From: an uncultured Candidatus Saccharibacteria bacterium
Lineage (GTDB): Bacteria > Patescibacteriota > Minisyncoccia > Portnoybacterales > UBA2143
Direction: 5' to 3'
Assembly: GCA_964346955.1 (NCBI GenBank)
Contig: CAYFWT010000013.1
Location: 1-29,022, forward strand
DNA: 29,022 bases
Shown: one piece after another, positions 14,106-22,547 of the stretch
Layout: every line of letters begins with the position of its first letter
How positions within the stretch are numbered: position 1 is the stretch's first letter
The notes under the pieces: generated by a model
What the model was told of the DNA's origin: nothing
The model's input: the letters and a program-made list of their open reading frames with translations, nothing else
The model's database searches: none
Translations under genes and position numbers: made by a program

Positions 14106-15677
14106 ATGCTCCCTAAGGAAAAGTATTATTTAAAGATAGGCAAGACAACTGATTTGAAAAGCCCGAAAGAAAGAATACTCTATCGGGCTTTTGAGCTTTT
14201 ACCAGGGACTTTAGCTTGGCTAACGCTTATCAGCGTTATTTTTTTATCTTGGCTTAAGCCAGTTTTGATAGCCCTTTTTATTATTGCCTTTGATGTCCAT
14301 TGGTTACTTAAAACTATTTATCTTTCTCTTCATTTAAGAGCCAGTTATTCTCAAATGAAAAAAAATTTGGCCATTGATTGGTTAGGGAAATTGAAATCTC
14401 TTCCTGGGAAAAATTGGCAGAATATCCATCACTTGGTTATCTTGCCAAGATATAAGGAGCCTTTGGAGGTGGTCCGAGCAACTTTCCAAGCGATTGCTAA
14501 TTCAGCCTATCCTAAAGATAAAATGATGGTTGTTTTAGCTATGGAAGAACGAACTATCGAGACAGGTAAAAAAGTAGCCCAAGCCATTGAAAAAGAATTT
14601 GGCAGTAAGTTCTATAAATTTCTGATTACCGTCCACCCCCAAGATATTATTGGGGAACTAGCTGGTAAGGGATCTAACTCTACTTGGGCAGCCAGACAAG
14701 TCAAAAAGGAGATCATTGACCCCTTAGGAATTCCTTACCAAGATATTATTGTTTCTTGTTTTGATATTGATACCCGGGTCTATCCTCAATATTTTTCTTG
14801 TTTAACTTATTATTATTTGACAGCCAAGAAACCAACTCAGTCTAGTTATCAACCAATTCCTATTTATAACAACAACATCTGGCGGGCGCCTTGTATTTCC
14901 CGGGTAGTGGCTACCTCAGGAACCTTTTGGCAAATGATGCAACAACAGCGGCCAGAACGACTTTCAACTTTTTCTTCTCAGTCGATTAGTTTTCAAACTT
15001 TAGTTGAAGTGGATTTTTGGCCAACCAATATGGTTTCCGAAGATTCCCGTATTTTCTGGCAAAATTTACTTTTTTATAATGGTAATTACCGAACTGTTCC
15101 TTTGTATTATCCGGTCTCCATGGATGCAAATCTAGCGCCCACTTTCTTTAAAACAGCTATCAATATTTACAAGCAACAGCGACGCTGGGGTTGGGGAGTA
15201 GAGAATATCCCCTTTTTGTTTTTCGGATTTTATAAAGATACTCAAGGTAAGATTCCTTGGCGAAAAAAACTCCGTTGGATTTTGATTCAATTAGAAGGTT
15301 TTTGGTCCTGGGCAACTAATGCTTTGCTTATATTTCTTTTAGGTTGGCTGCCTTTGTTTTTGGGTGGTCATAAATTTAACATCACTCTTTTATCTTATAA
15401 TTTGCCTCGAGTGACCCGAACTTTAATGACTTTAGCTATGGTTGGTTTAATTGGTTCGGCAATTTATAGCACTTTACTTTTACCTCGGCGGCCTAAAGAA
15501 TATGGCTTGATTAAGAACTTGTTTAAGGATTTAAGTATGGTTGTTCAATGGGTTTTACTGCCTTTCACCATTCTTATTTTTGGCTGCCTGCCTGGCTTAG
15601 ACAGCCAGACCAGATTAATGTTGGGTAAATATATGGGTTTTTGGGTCACTCCCAAGAAGGCAAGAAGCTACGGCTGA
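14106..15677 (+). CDS. Processive family-2 glycosyltransferase (cellulose/chitin/hyaluronan-synthase-like), integral membrane
   Basis: GT-A core with DxD-type CFDIDT and a QxxRW motif (QQRRWGWG). N-terminal and C-terminal TM helices are present. Confidence 0.7.
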   Translation: MLPKEKYYLKIGKTTDLKSPKERILYRAFELLPGTLAWLTLISVIFLSWLKPVLIALFIIAFDVHWLLKTIYLSLHLRASYSQMKKNLAIDWLGKLKSLPGKNWQNIHHLVILPRYKEPLEVVRATFQAIANSAYPKDKMMVVLAMEERTIETGKKVAQAIEKEFGSKFYKFLITVHPQDIIGELAGKGSNSTWAARQVKKEIIDPLGIPYQDIIVSCFDIDTRVYPQYFSCLTYYYLTAKKPTQSSYQPIPIYNNNIWRAPCISRVVATSGTFWQMMQQQRPERLSTFSSQSISFQTLVEVDFWPTNMVSEDSRIFWQNLLFYNGNYRTVPLYYPVSMDANLAPTFFKTAINIYKQQRRWGWGVENIPFLFFGFYKDTQGKIPWRKKLRWILIQLEGFWSWATNALLIFLLGWLPLFLGGHKFNITLLSYNLPRVTRTLMTLAMVGLIGSAIYSTLLLPRRPKEYGLIKNLFKDLSMVVQWVLLPFTILIFGCLPGLDSQTRLMLGKYMGFWVTPKKARSYG

Positions 15678-15710
15678 CCTCTCAGTGGTCACTGAGGAAC
15701 TGCTCCTGGG

Positions 15711-15762
15711 TAAATAAAAAAGCCGGGAAATGAGTTTGGTTGATTTATAATGAATCCCGGCT
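15711..15762 (-). terminator. Rho-independent terminator for the DksA/TraR-like gene
   Basis: Minus-strand RNA AGCCGGGA ... (26 nt loop) ... UCCCGGCU followed by UUUUUAUUU. A second hairpin CTCAGTG-GT-CACTGAG at 15681-15696 lies just after the GT2 stop. Confidence 0.5.
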
Positions 15763-15778
15763 CGAGAGAAAGAAAGAC

Positions 15779-16171
15779 TCATCTAATGGAAGAGTTCTTT
15801 TCATTTTTACAAGGGACGCATAGAGTGGTCTGGGGGACAGCTTCAAGTCGACCTATCGGGATTGGATCTCCGCACTCGCAGCAAATTCCGTAAGTGCCTT
15901 CTGCAATCCGCCGTAAAGCTTGATTGCATTTGTCTATGCACTTTTGCAGGGTTCCTCTTCTCTTCTCCATTACTTCTTCTTCTCCGTTGTCTATGCAGTC
16001 AGCAATATGGCTTGAAGTAGCGACAGGATTTGCCTTAAGCACTTCGATAGATCGTTCGTCGGTTTGCTCGAGCTGCTTTTCAAATTTCCTCCTTTCTCTG
16101 AGCAGTCTCCTTCTGAGATTTTTTCGCTCAATCTCTCCTAGCTTAACTCTAGCCGCTTTCTCTTCCATCAC
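15779..16171 (-). CDS. DksA/TraR family C4-type zinc-finger protein
   Basis: N-terminal coiled-coil, then GTYGICCECGDPIPIGRLEAVPQTTLCVPC, the DksA/TraR CxxC-N17-CxxC signature. Strong SD AAAGGAGGGAACAG. The surrounding patch is GC-richer. Confidence 0.7.
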   Translation of the reverse strand: MMEEKAARVKLGEIERKNLRRRLLRERRKFEKQLEQTDERSIEVLKANPVATSSHIADCIDNGEEEVMEKRRGTLQKCIDKCNQALRRIAEGTYGICCECGDPIPIGRLEAVPQTTLCVPCKNEKNSSIR

Positions 16172-16279
16172 TGTTCCCTCCTTTGCCTTTTTGAGATTTG
16201 TTAATGTTTCTTCCCTCTCCTCTTTTTAATTTAAACTAATAAATTATTTTCGTCAACCCTATCTTTAAAAAGTATTGGT

Positions 16280-18376
16280 TTATTCCAGATGGATATTTTT
16301 TTGAAATTCTTTTAATTTACTTTCCAGCGTCGAATTAAACAAATTATTTTCTAAGATTTTTTTGGCCGCCTCTCTGGTTTTTCTAACCAAATTCAAATCA
16401 CTTAAAGAAGCCATGGTTAAATCAGGTAGTCCCCACTGACGAGTTCCCGTGAAGTCGCCTGGTCCTCGAATTTTTAAATCTTTTTCCGCTAATTCAAAGC
16501 CATCTTTAGCTTTTAAGACAGCTTTTAATCTTTGATGGGTTTTTTTAGCCATTGAGTCAGTAAAGAGAAGACAATAAGATTGTTCAGTGCCTCGGCCAAT
16601 CCGGCCACGGAATTGATGCAATTGAGCCAAGCCAAATCGGTCAGCTCCTTCAATCATCATTACCGTGGCATTGGGAATATCGATGCCTACTTCAACTACT
16701 GAAGTAGAGACTAAAATATTTGTTTGGTTATTTTTAAACTTTTTCATAATCTCTTCTTTTTCTTTGGCTTTGAGCTTACCATGAAGCATAGCAATTTTAA
16801 ATTTAGGGAAGACTTTAGAAGACAGTTTTTCATACTCTTGAGTGACTGATTTTACCTCTAATTTTTCTGATTCGTCAATTAAGGGGCAGATGACAAAGAC
16901 CTGCCTCTTTTGTTTTATCTGGTCTTTGATGAAGTTATAAGCTTTCTTGCGGTTAGCTGGCGCCACAATCTCAGTAATAATTTTTTGTCTGCCTTTGGGC
17001 ATTTCTTTTAAAAGAGAAATATCTAAGTCACCATAGATGGTTAAAGCCAGAGTGCGAGGAATTGGTGTGGCCGTCATGGAAAGTAAATGAGGAAGAGTGG
17101 GTAAGCCATCTTCTATTTGATAAATTTTTCTTTGAAGAGCTGCTCGTTGAGCCACCCCAAAACGATGTTGCTCATCAACAATAGCCAAAGCTAATTTTTT
17201 GAAAGTTAGTCCTTCTTGGATTAAGGCGTGAGTGCCAATAAGGATATCTATTTTCCCTCGGCTGATTTTCTTTTTAAGTAGGTGACGAGTAATCGTTGTA
17301 TTGGTATTAGTAATATTATCAGAGCTAGTCAATAAACTAATCTTCAATTTAGATTTTGTAAGCAAATCTTTAAAAGTCTGAAAATGCTGTTTGGCCAAAA
17401 TTTCCGTGGGAGCCATTAAAGCCACTTGATAGCCAGCTTTGGTCGTCTCTAAGGCAGCCATCATCGCTACCACTGTTTTGCCTGAGCCAACATCGCCATT
17501 AAGCAGTCGATTCATCGGCCTTCCTTTAGTTAAATCCTGAAAAATTTCCCAAGCAGCTAGGCGTTGGTCATCGGTTAATTTAAAAGGCAAGCTTTTAACA
17601 AAAGATTTAATTAGTTTTTGATTAAAGGGAATAGGCGGAGCTTTTTCTTGATTTATTTTTTGTCTTTGTCGAAGAACATTTAACTGAATTAGAAAAAGTT
17701 CATCAAAAGCTAAACGCTCCCGGGCTGCTTGGGCTAAAGAAGCATTAGCTGGGAAATGAATCTGTTTAATTGCTTCAGTCAGATTCATCAATTTAAATTC
17801 CCCTTTGATTGGCATAGGCAAGAAGTCAGTTATTTTATCGGCCAAAGGTAAAAGAGGTTTAATTAAATAACGAAGATAGCGGGAACTTAAACCAGCTGTT
17901 TCATGATAGACCGGGACAAGGCGACCAGTGTGGGTAGTTTCTTTTTGTGGCTTAACTACTTCATAAGCAGGGTTGGAAAGACAAAGCGTCTTTCCAGCAA
18001 AAGCAACTTTACCAGCCAGGTTAGCAATCTTTCCTTGGCGGAGGGTGCGGACTAAATAAGGTTGGTTAAACCAGACCGCCCTGATAGTGCCTGTTTTGTC
18101 TTCGATGATTGCTTCAACTATAGTCATTTTTCGCCAGGGAGTTCGAGTTAAACCAATCTCAGAAATCTTCCCACAAATAGTCACCAGCTGGCCTAGTTGT
18201 AATTGACTAATCGGGGTAAGTTGGCTGAAGTCATCATAGCGATGAGGAAAATGAAAAAATAGGTCCCGAATAGTTTTTATTTTCAGCTTATGAAGCTTTC
18301 TTAAATAAAGGGGACCTACTTTTTTTAGTTGTTCAATTTTAGTCTCTAAGGTTAGGGTCATTAAATTTATTCTCAA
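16280..18376 (-). CDS. recG: ATP-dependent DNA helicase RecG
   Basis: Wedge-domain N-terminus (HFPHRYDDF), Walker A GDVGSGKTVVA, DEQHRFGV (DEQH box) and helicase C motifs. The ATG at 18361 (MTLTLETKIEQ) is an alternative to the TTG at 18376. Confidence 0.9.
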   Translation of the reverse strand: MRINLMTLTLETKIEQLKKVGPLYLRKLHKLKIKTIRDLFFHFPHRYDDFSQLTPISQLQLGQLVTICGKISEIGLTRTPWRKMTIVEAIIEDKTGTIRAVWFNQPYLVRTLRQGKIANLAGKVAFAGKTLCLSNPAYEVVKPQKETTHTGRLVPVYHETAGLSSRYLRYLIKPLLPLADKITDFLPMPIKGEFKLMNLTEAIKQIHFPANASLAQAARERLAFDELFLIQLNVLRQRQKINQEKAPPIPFNQKLIKSFVKSLPFKLTDDQRLAAWEIFQDLTKGRPMNRLLNGDVGSGKTVVAMMAALETTKAGYQVALMAPTEILAKQHFQTFKDLLTKSKLKISLLTSSDNITNTNTTITRHLLKKKISRGKIDILIGTHALIQEGLTFKKLALAIVDEQHRFGVAQRAALQRKIYQIEDGLPTLPHLLSMTATPIPRTLALTIYGDLDISLLKEMPKGRQKIITEIVAPANRKKAYNFIKDQIKQKRQVFVICPLIDESEKLEVKSVTQEYEKLSSKVFPKFKIAMLHGKLKAKEKEEIMKKFKNNQTNILVSTSVVEVGIDIPNATVMMIEGADRFGLAQLHQFRGRIGRGTEQSYCLLFTDSMAKKTHQRLKAVLKAKDGFELAEKDLKIRGPGDFTGTRQWGLPDLTMASLSDLNLVRKTREAAKKILENNLFNSTLESKLKEFQKNIHLE

Positions 18377-18381
18377 GATAG

Positions 18382-18454
18382 TGCGCCCAGTAGGAGTCGA
18401 ACCTACGACCTCTTCCTCCGCAGGGAAACGCTCTATCCACTGAGCTATGGGCGC
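18382..18454 (-). tRNA. tRNA-Arg, anticodon read as GCG (unusual); no encoded CCA
   Basis: Reverse complement: GCGCCCA TA GCTC AGTGGATA GAGC G TTTCC CTGCGGA GGAAG AGGTC GTAGG TTCGACT CCTAC TGGGCGC A. The stems are perfect, A20 and C35 are Arg identity elements, and it resembles E. coli tRNA-Arg(ACG). Confidence 0.85.
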
Positions 18455-18462
18455 TTAACATA

Positions 18463-19005
18463 TCAAAATCTTAAACTCCGAGCTAAACTATCAATTAGAG
18501 ACTCTTCTTGTTTTTTTTCGGGCAAATATTTAATTAGGATTCGTCTCACTTCAGTTGGGTTCTCTTCCCCTAAGGGAATTTTGATATAGGGCATAATTAT
18601 TTTTTTGCTCTGTAAGCTGACTTCTTTTACCTCTGGTGGATTATAGAAAATCCAGAATGATTTTAAATTGTCAAAATTATAAATAGTTTTATCAATTTTG
18701 ATGCCCTGGGAAGTAATGACTAGCTGGATGACTTTCGGTTTTTTTAGGGCATAAGTAGTTATCGAAAAATAACTTAAGCCAATCAAGAGAGCAAAAATAA
18801 TATTTTTAGTTAAGAGAGCCCAAAGGAATAATCCAGTAGCGATTAAGCCAGTGATGAGGAACCAGGATTTGCTCTTGCTATATTGAGTAAATTCTGGAGC
18901 AGACCATTCGAGATGACTTTTTGCTTTCTTTGGCTGGCTTTTTTCTCGGGCGGCTTGTTTCTCTTCTGACTTGTTTTTTTCTTTAAGGTTGATGATATTG
19001 ACCAT
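18463..19005 (-). CDS. Hypothetical membrane protein (K/E-rich N-terminus, 2 TM helices, roughly 90 aa C-terminal domain)
   Basis: 180 aa ORF wedged between tRNA genes, with its ATG at 19003-19005. Two hydrophobic helices (WFLITGLIATGLFLWALL, IIFALLIGLSYFSITTYAL). Confidence 0.5.
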   Translation of the reverse strand: MVNIINLKEKNKSEEKQAAREKSQPKKAKSHLEWSAPEFTQYSKSKSWFLITGLIATGLFLWALLTKNIIFALLIGLSYFSITTYALKKPKVIQLVITSQGIKIDKTIYNFDNLKSFWIFYNPPEVKEVSLQSKKIIMPYIKIPLGEENPTEVRRILIKYLPEKKQEESLIDSLARSLRF

Positions 19006-19006
19006 G

Positions 19007-19093
19007 CGGCGAGAGAGGGATTCGAACCCCCGGTACCCTTTCGGATACAGCGGTTTTCAAGACCGCCCCGTTCGTCCACTCCGGCATCTCGCC
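19007..19093 (-). tRNA. tRNA-Ser (anticodon TGA), type II; no encoded CCA
   Basis: Reverse complement: GGCGAGA TG CCGG AGTGGACGAA CGGG G CGGTC TTGAAAA CCGCT GTATCCGAAAGGGTAC CGGGGG TTCGAAT CCCTC TCTCGCC G. Confidence 0.85.
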
Positions 19094-19145
19094 ATGATGT
19101 TATTATTAAATTGTAACCACTACTTTAATATAAAGCCAAGCGCCA

Positions 19146-19170
19146 GTTCGTCCACTCCGGCATCTCGCCA
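19146..19170 (-). repeat. 25 bp exact duplicate of the 5' end of tRNA-Ser(TGA) (tRNA fragment)
   Basis: GTTCGTCCACTCCGGCATCTCGCCA at 19070-19094 (inside the tRNA) is repeated exactly at 19146-19170. Including the flanks, 30 of 31 bp match. The copy is 52 bp upstream of the tRNA 5' end. Confidence 0.85.
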
Positions 19171-19181
19171 GTTTTAAGCTG

Positions 19182-19269
19182 CGGAGGAGGTGGGACTCGA
19201 ACCCACAAACCGCTTTTTACACGGTTACAGTTTAGCAAACTGCTGCCTTACCATTCGGCGCACTCCTCC
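19182..19269 (-). tRNA. tRNA-Ser (anticodon GCT), type II; no encoded CCA
   Basis: Reverse complement: GGAGGAG TG CGC CGAATGGTAA GGC A GCAGT TTGCTAA ACTGT AACCGTGTAAAAAGCGGTT TGTGG GTTCGAGT CCCAC CTCCTCC G. Confidence 0.85.
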
Positions 19270-19309
19270 TTGTTTTTTCACTTTACCATTTTATCAGCCA
19301 ATAGTCAAT

Positions 19310-19972
19310 TTACCCTTTCGCCACCACCAGTCCCCAAATCTCTTTTGGCTTGAGTGATTTGAGCGTCTTGGCGCACTCTTTTAAAGTAGCTCCAGTGGTG
19401 GAAATATCATCAACTAAAATGATGGTTTTGTTGAATAGGGATAGTCCTTGCCAAGCAGGGACTGTCCCTATCTCGAAGGCTTTTTTGATATTGGCCTTTC
19501 TTTCTGGAGGGCTTTTAATTTGCACCTGGGGCAAACCATATCTTGTTCGGACTAAGAAATTATTAATTAAAGGAATCCTTAATTCTTGACTGACCACTTT
19601 AGCTAAGAGTTCGGCTTGATTAAACCCCCGCCAACGTAATCGTTTTTTATGCAGAGGCACCGGAATCAAAAAAGTGTCCTTTTTAACTGTCTTTGGCCAA
19701 GTGATCAATTTTTTAATCATCAATTTCCCCAGCGGTTTAGCTAACTCTTTAATAAAATCATATTTGTATCGATGGATAGCTTGTTTAACTAATGGATAGT
19801 CGTAATCACTAGCGGTGATTAGACCAGTAAGAGGAGATTTTTGCCTGAATTTAGTTAGCTGTTCTCTATTTAAGGGGACTTGTTTGAGGCAGGAAAAACA
19901 GATAAATTCTCCCTCTCGATGACAACCAAGGCAATGGATAGGGAAAAATAAGTCAAGGATAAATTTTCGCAT
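19310..19972 (-). CDS. comFC: ComF family protein (ComFC-like phosphoribosyltransferase with N-terminal zinc finger)
   Basis: CLGCHREGEFICFSC zinc-binding motif and PRTase motif IILVDDISTTGATL. Contains an in-frame palindrome pair (19428-19464) encoding GTVPAWQGLSL. Confidence 0.8.
   Translation of the reverse strand: MRKFILDLFFPIHCLGCHREGEFICFSCLKQVPLNREQLTKFRQKSPLTGLITASDYDYPLVKQAIHRYKYDFIKELAKPLGKLMIKKLITWPKTVKKDTFLIPVPLHKKRLRWRGFNQAELLAKVVSQELRIPLINNFLVRTRYGLPQVQIKSPPERKANIKKAFEIGTVPAWQGLSLFNKTIILVDDISTTGATLKECAKTLKSLKPKEIWGLVVAKG
19428..19464. repeat. Pair of AGGGAC-N-GTCCCT-type palindromes inside comFC
   Basis: AGGGATAGTCCTT (19428-19440), then GCCAAGC, then AGGGACTGTCCCT (19452-19464). 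The encoded peptide TVPAWQGLSL parallels TVPQGLSL, which the same repeat encodes in tsaD. Confidence 0.6.
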
Positions 19973-20056
19973 AATTTAATTATTAGAACAATAAATTTAA
20001 ATTTAAATTTAACTTTTTCTTTAATTAAACTTAACCAACTGTGGATATCTTTTTTT

Positions 20057-20089
20057 TTGAATAGTCTCTTAATTATGATATACTATAAT
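20057..20089 (+). promoter_or_regulatory. sigma70-type promoter for pilM (TTGAAT-N16-TATACT overlapping TATAAT)
   Basis: -35 at 20057-20062 and -10 TATACT at 20079-20084, with a perfect TATAAT at 20084-20089. It is 19-24 nt upstream of the pilM ATG in an AT-rich divergent intergenic region. Confidence 0.4.
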
Positions 20090-20107
20090 TAATTTAGGCC
20101 AAAAACA

Positions 20108-21190
20108 ATGTTTTTATTTGGTAAGAAGCCGAAGAGTCATTTAGGTATTGATATTGGCGCTTCGGCAGTTAAATTAGTTGAATTGGAAAAAGAAGGAGGA
20201 AGGCACAAGTTGATAAATTATGGAGTTTTCTTCTTGAAAGAATATCTAAAGCAGAAGGAGAAACAGGGAAAACAGGAGATAGGAGAGCAGGATAAAAAAG
20301 AGACTTTGCGGATTCCCGATGAGGAGATGGCCGAGATAATAAAAAAGACTATTGGAGAGGCTAAAATTAGAACTCGGGAAGCTTATCTTTCCGTTCCTGT
20401 TTATTCTAGCTTTTTGACTCTGATTGAGCTCCCGGCCATGCCCGAAAAAGAGATTGCTGCCGCTCTTCCTTTTGAGGCTAAAAAATACGTCCCTGTACCT
20501 ATTTCAGAAGTAGTTTTGGATTGGAGTGTTGTTGGGTTGCCAGATAAGCAAGCTACTCTTCAGATTTTACTTATTGCTGTCCCTAAGGAAGTTATTAGTT
20601 ATTATAACAAAATAATTAAATTAGTTGGTTTAAATCTCCGCAGTCTAGAAGAAGAAACATTTAGTTTAACCCGATCTCTAGTGGGAAATGATAAGAGTGC
20701 TCTTCTTTTGATTGACGCCGGAGCCCGCTCTATTAATATCAGCATCATTGACGAAGGCTATATTCGAGTTGCTCATAATTTGGAAATGGGCGGGACTAAA
20801 ATAATTAAAGCCGTTTCTCAGCAGATGGGTCTTAGTCCAGAAAAAGAAGAGGAATTAAAAAAGACTCTTTCTTCTGGTCAAATGATTGATAAGCAAGGTC
20901 CTGAACTAAAAGGAATAATCCATTCTATTTTAGGTAATATCACTATCGAAGTTAGAAAGATTATTGATTCGTATCAAGGTAAATATAATCGAAAAATTGA
21001 AAAATGTATTTTAATCGGTGGAGCTGTTCAAGCATTTGGCTTTGTTGAATATTTTATTAATAAGTTAAATATGGAGGTTTCTTTGGGCAATCCTTTTGCT
21101 CGAGTAATCTATCCTTCTCTACTTGAGCCGGCTCTAAAAGAATTAGGTTCTTCTTTAGCAGTAGCGGTTGGTTTGGCAATGAGAGAGTAA
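20108..21190 (+). CDS. pilM: Type IV pilus assembly protein PilM (actin-like ATPase fold)
   Basis: The N-terminus HLGIDIGASAVKLVEL is typical of PilM/FtsA-like proteins. An in-frame purine-rich low-complexity insertion follows (KQKEKQGKQEIGEQDKKETL). Confidence 0.8.
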   Translation: MFLFGKKPKSHLGIDIGASAVKLVELEKEGGRHKLINYGVFFLKEYLKQKEKQGKQEIGEQDKKETLRIPDEEMAEIIKKTIGEAKIRTREAYLSVPVYSSFLTLIELPAMPEKEIAAALPFEAKKYVPVPISEVVLDWSVVGLPDKQATLQILLIAVPKEVISYYNKIIKLVGLNLRSLEEETFSLTRSLVGNDKSALLLIDAGARSINISIIDEGYIRVAHNLEMGGTKIIKAVSQQMGLSPEKEEELKKTLSSGQMIDKQGPELKGIIHSILGNITIEVRKIIDSYQGKYNRKIEKCILIGGAVQAFGFVEYFINKLNMEVSLGNPFARVIYPSLLEPALKELGSSLAVAVGLAMRE

Positions 21191-21198
21191 ATAGATAG

Positions 21199-21313
21199 AT
21201 TACAAATCCCAAATCACAAATCACAATCCTTCGACTCGGTCGTCTAAAGCGACCTCACTCAGGAAATAATTTTATAGTGAGCTTGTCGAACTATTGTTTG
21301 TAATTTGGAATTT
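21199..21313. repeat. Low-complexity inverted repeat (ATTACAAATCCCAAATCACAAATCACAA ... TTGTTTGTAATTTGGAATT) flanking a 67 bp core
   Basis: The arms lie at 21199-21226 and 21294-21313. The core contains the hairpin GGTCG-TCTAAA-GCGACC (21238-21255) and the 25 bp repeat copy 2 (21271-21295). Confidence 0.6.
21271..21295 (-). repeat. 25 bp exact repeat, inverted copy 2 (TTTATAGTGAGCTTGTCGAACTATT)
   Basis: Perfect reverse complement of 14075-14099. It lies 30 bp upstream of the pilN GTG start. Confidence 0.85.
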
Positions 21314-21324
21314 TATTTATTGAC

Positions 21325-21912
21325 GTGGATATCAAATTGATGCCCGAAAAATATAAGAGGAAGGAGGAGCTGGTTCCTGAATCAAAATTGTCACCAGCTA
21401 GTCTTTCTAAAAGGGTAGTGGCCAAGGCTAATCTTTGGCTGGCTTTATCTCTTATTTTGTTAATCATAGCTGTCTTGGCTACCTTTGGGTTCTGGGGCTA
21501 TAAGGATAATTTGATTAAAGAGAAAGGAAATTTAGAAGAAAAGATAAAGGAATTAGATAACCAAAGAGACCTAGATTTAGAAGCTAATTTTATAGAATTA
21601 AAAAAGGGTATTGAAAGTTTTAAGAATATTTTAAAGACTCACATTTATCCTTCTTATCTTTTTAAGATGCTAGAAGAATTAACTCTTCCTCAAGTTCGGT
21701 TTATTGAGTTTGGGGCTGATTTGTCTCAAGCCAAGATAACTTTAACAACCGAGACAGTTAATTATAACATTCTTGCTAAACAAATAGTTGCTTTTGAACA
21801 AGATTCCCGCATCGAGAAAGTAGAGCTTTCGGAAGTTAGTTTAGGGGATACTGGTGGGGTTGGTTCCGAATTAGAAATAGAATTAAATCCTGATTTTTTA
21901 CGTCCAGAATAA
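21325..21912 (+). CDS. pilN: Type IV pilus assembly protein PilN
   Basis: The N-terminal IKLMPE matches the INLLP PilM-binding motif. A single TM helix (LWLALSLILLIIAVLATFGFWGY) is followed by a coiled-coil periplasmic domain. The start is a GTG at 21325 or the ATG at 21340. Confidence 0.6.
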   Translation: MDIKLMPEKYKRKEELVPESKLSPASLSKRVVAKANLWLALSLILLIIAVLATFGFWGYKDNLIKEKGNLEEKIKELDNQRDLDLEANFIELKKGIESFKNILKTHIYPSYLFKMLEELTLPQVRFIEFGADLSQAKITLTTETVNYNILAKQIVAFEQDSRIEKVELSEVSLGDTGGVGSELEIELNPDFLRPE

Positions 21913-21934
21913 AAATAAGAGATAAAAATAAAAT

Positions 21935-22543
21935 ATGAATAAAAAAATCATTGTCAGTGTAGTTAGTTTGCTGATTAGCCTAGCTTTAATATCTATTTTT
22001 GTTTTCCCTCTTTGGTCTTCGGTGAGAACTTTGCGGCAAGAAGTAACTCAAAAGAGGCTAGACTTAGCCAAGGTTGAGGATCTTTTAAATAAAACTCAGC
22101 AACTTAAACAAGAACTTCAGGGAGTAGAGGAAGAATCTCAAAGAATTTTTTTCGCTTTGCCAAAGGAAAAAGATATCCCTAATTTATTAATTCAATTTGA
22201 GGCCTTAGCTTTAGCCAATGGCTTGTTACTTGAGTCAATAAGGTTTGGCCAACTAGACGGAGCAAAAGGAACTGCTAGCCAAGGAACATCGGAGCAATTT
22301 TCTCAAGATTCGCTCCAACCCCAAAAAAAGTTGGCCCTTCGCAGTTTGCCCGTAGATTTAATCATTAGTGGTTCTTATAGCGCTTTTAAAAAATATTTAG
22401 CTGATTTAGAAAAGGATGTTCGTTCTATGGATATTCATTCCATTAGTCTTGCTACTCCCAAAGAAGACGAAGAGGCTAGTATTTTAGCGCCTTCGTTGGG
22501 CATTTTTGAATTTAATTTAGGATTAGTCGTTTACTACCAATAA
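21935..22543 (+). CDS. pilO: Type IV pilus assembly protein PilO-like
   Basis: N-terminal TM helix (IIVSVVSLLISLALISIFVF), then a coiled-coil and a C-terminal domain. Its position after pilN fits PilO. Confidence 0.5.
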   Translation: MNKKIIVSVVSLLISLALISIFVFPLWSSVRTLRQEVTQKRLDLAKVEDLLNKTQQLKQELQGVEEESQRIFFALPKEKDIPNLLIQFEALALANGLLLESIRFGQLDGAKGTASQGTSEQFSQDSLQPQKKLALRSLPVDLIISGSYSAFKKYLADLEKDVRSMDIHSISLATPKEDEEASILAPSLGIFEFNLGLVVYYQ

Positions 22544-22547
22544 TTAG

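Noticed and set aside
18843-19177. Two short ORFs (78 aa on the - strand, 68 aa on the + strand) over the tRNA cluster
   Set aside because: They overlap tRNA-Ser and the tRNA fragment. Both are spurious.
19350-19589. 79 aa + ORF, and the ORFs 23203-23469, 23650-23871, 24640-24825, 24981-25214, 26010-26249 and 27961-28302
   Set aside because: Antisense or overlapping shadows of comFC, pilB, the pilin, pilT and the pilC 3' region. No independent support.
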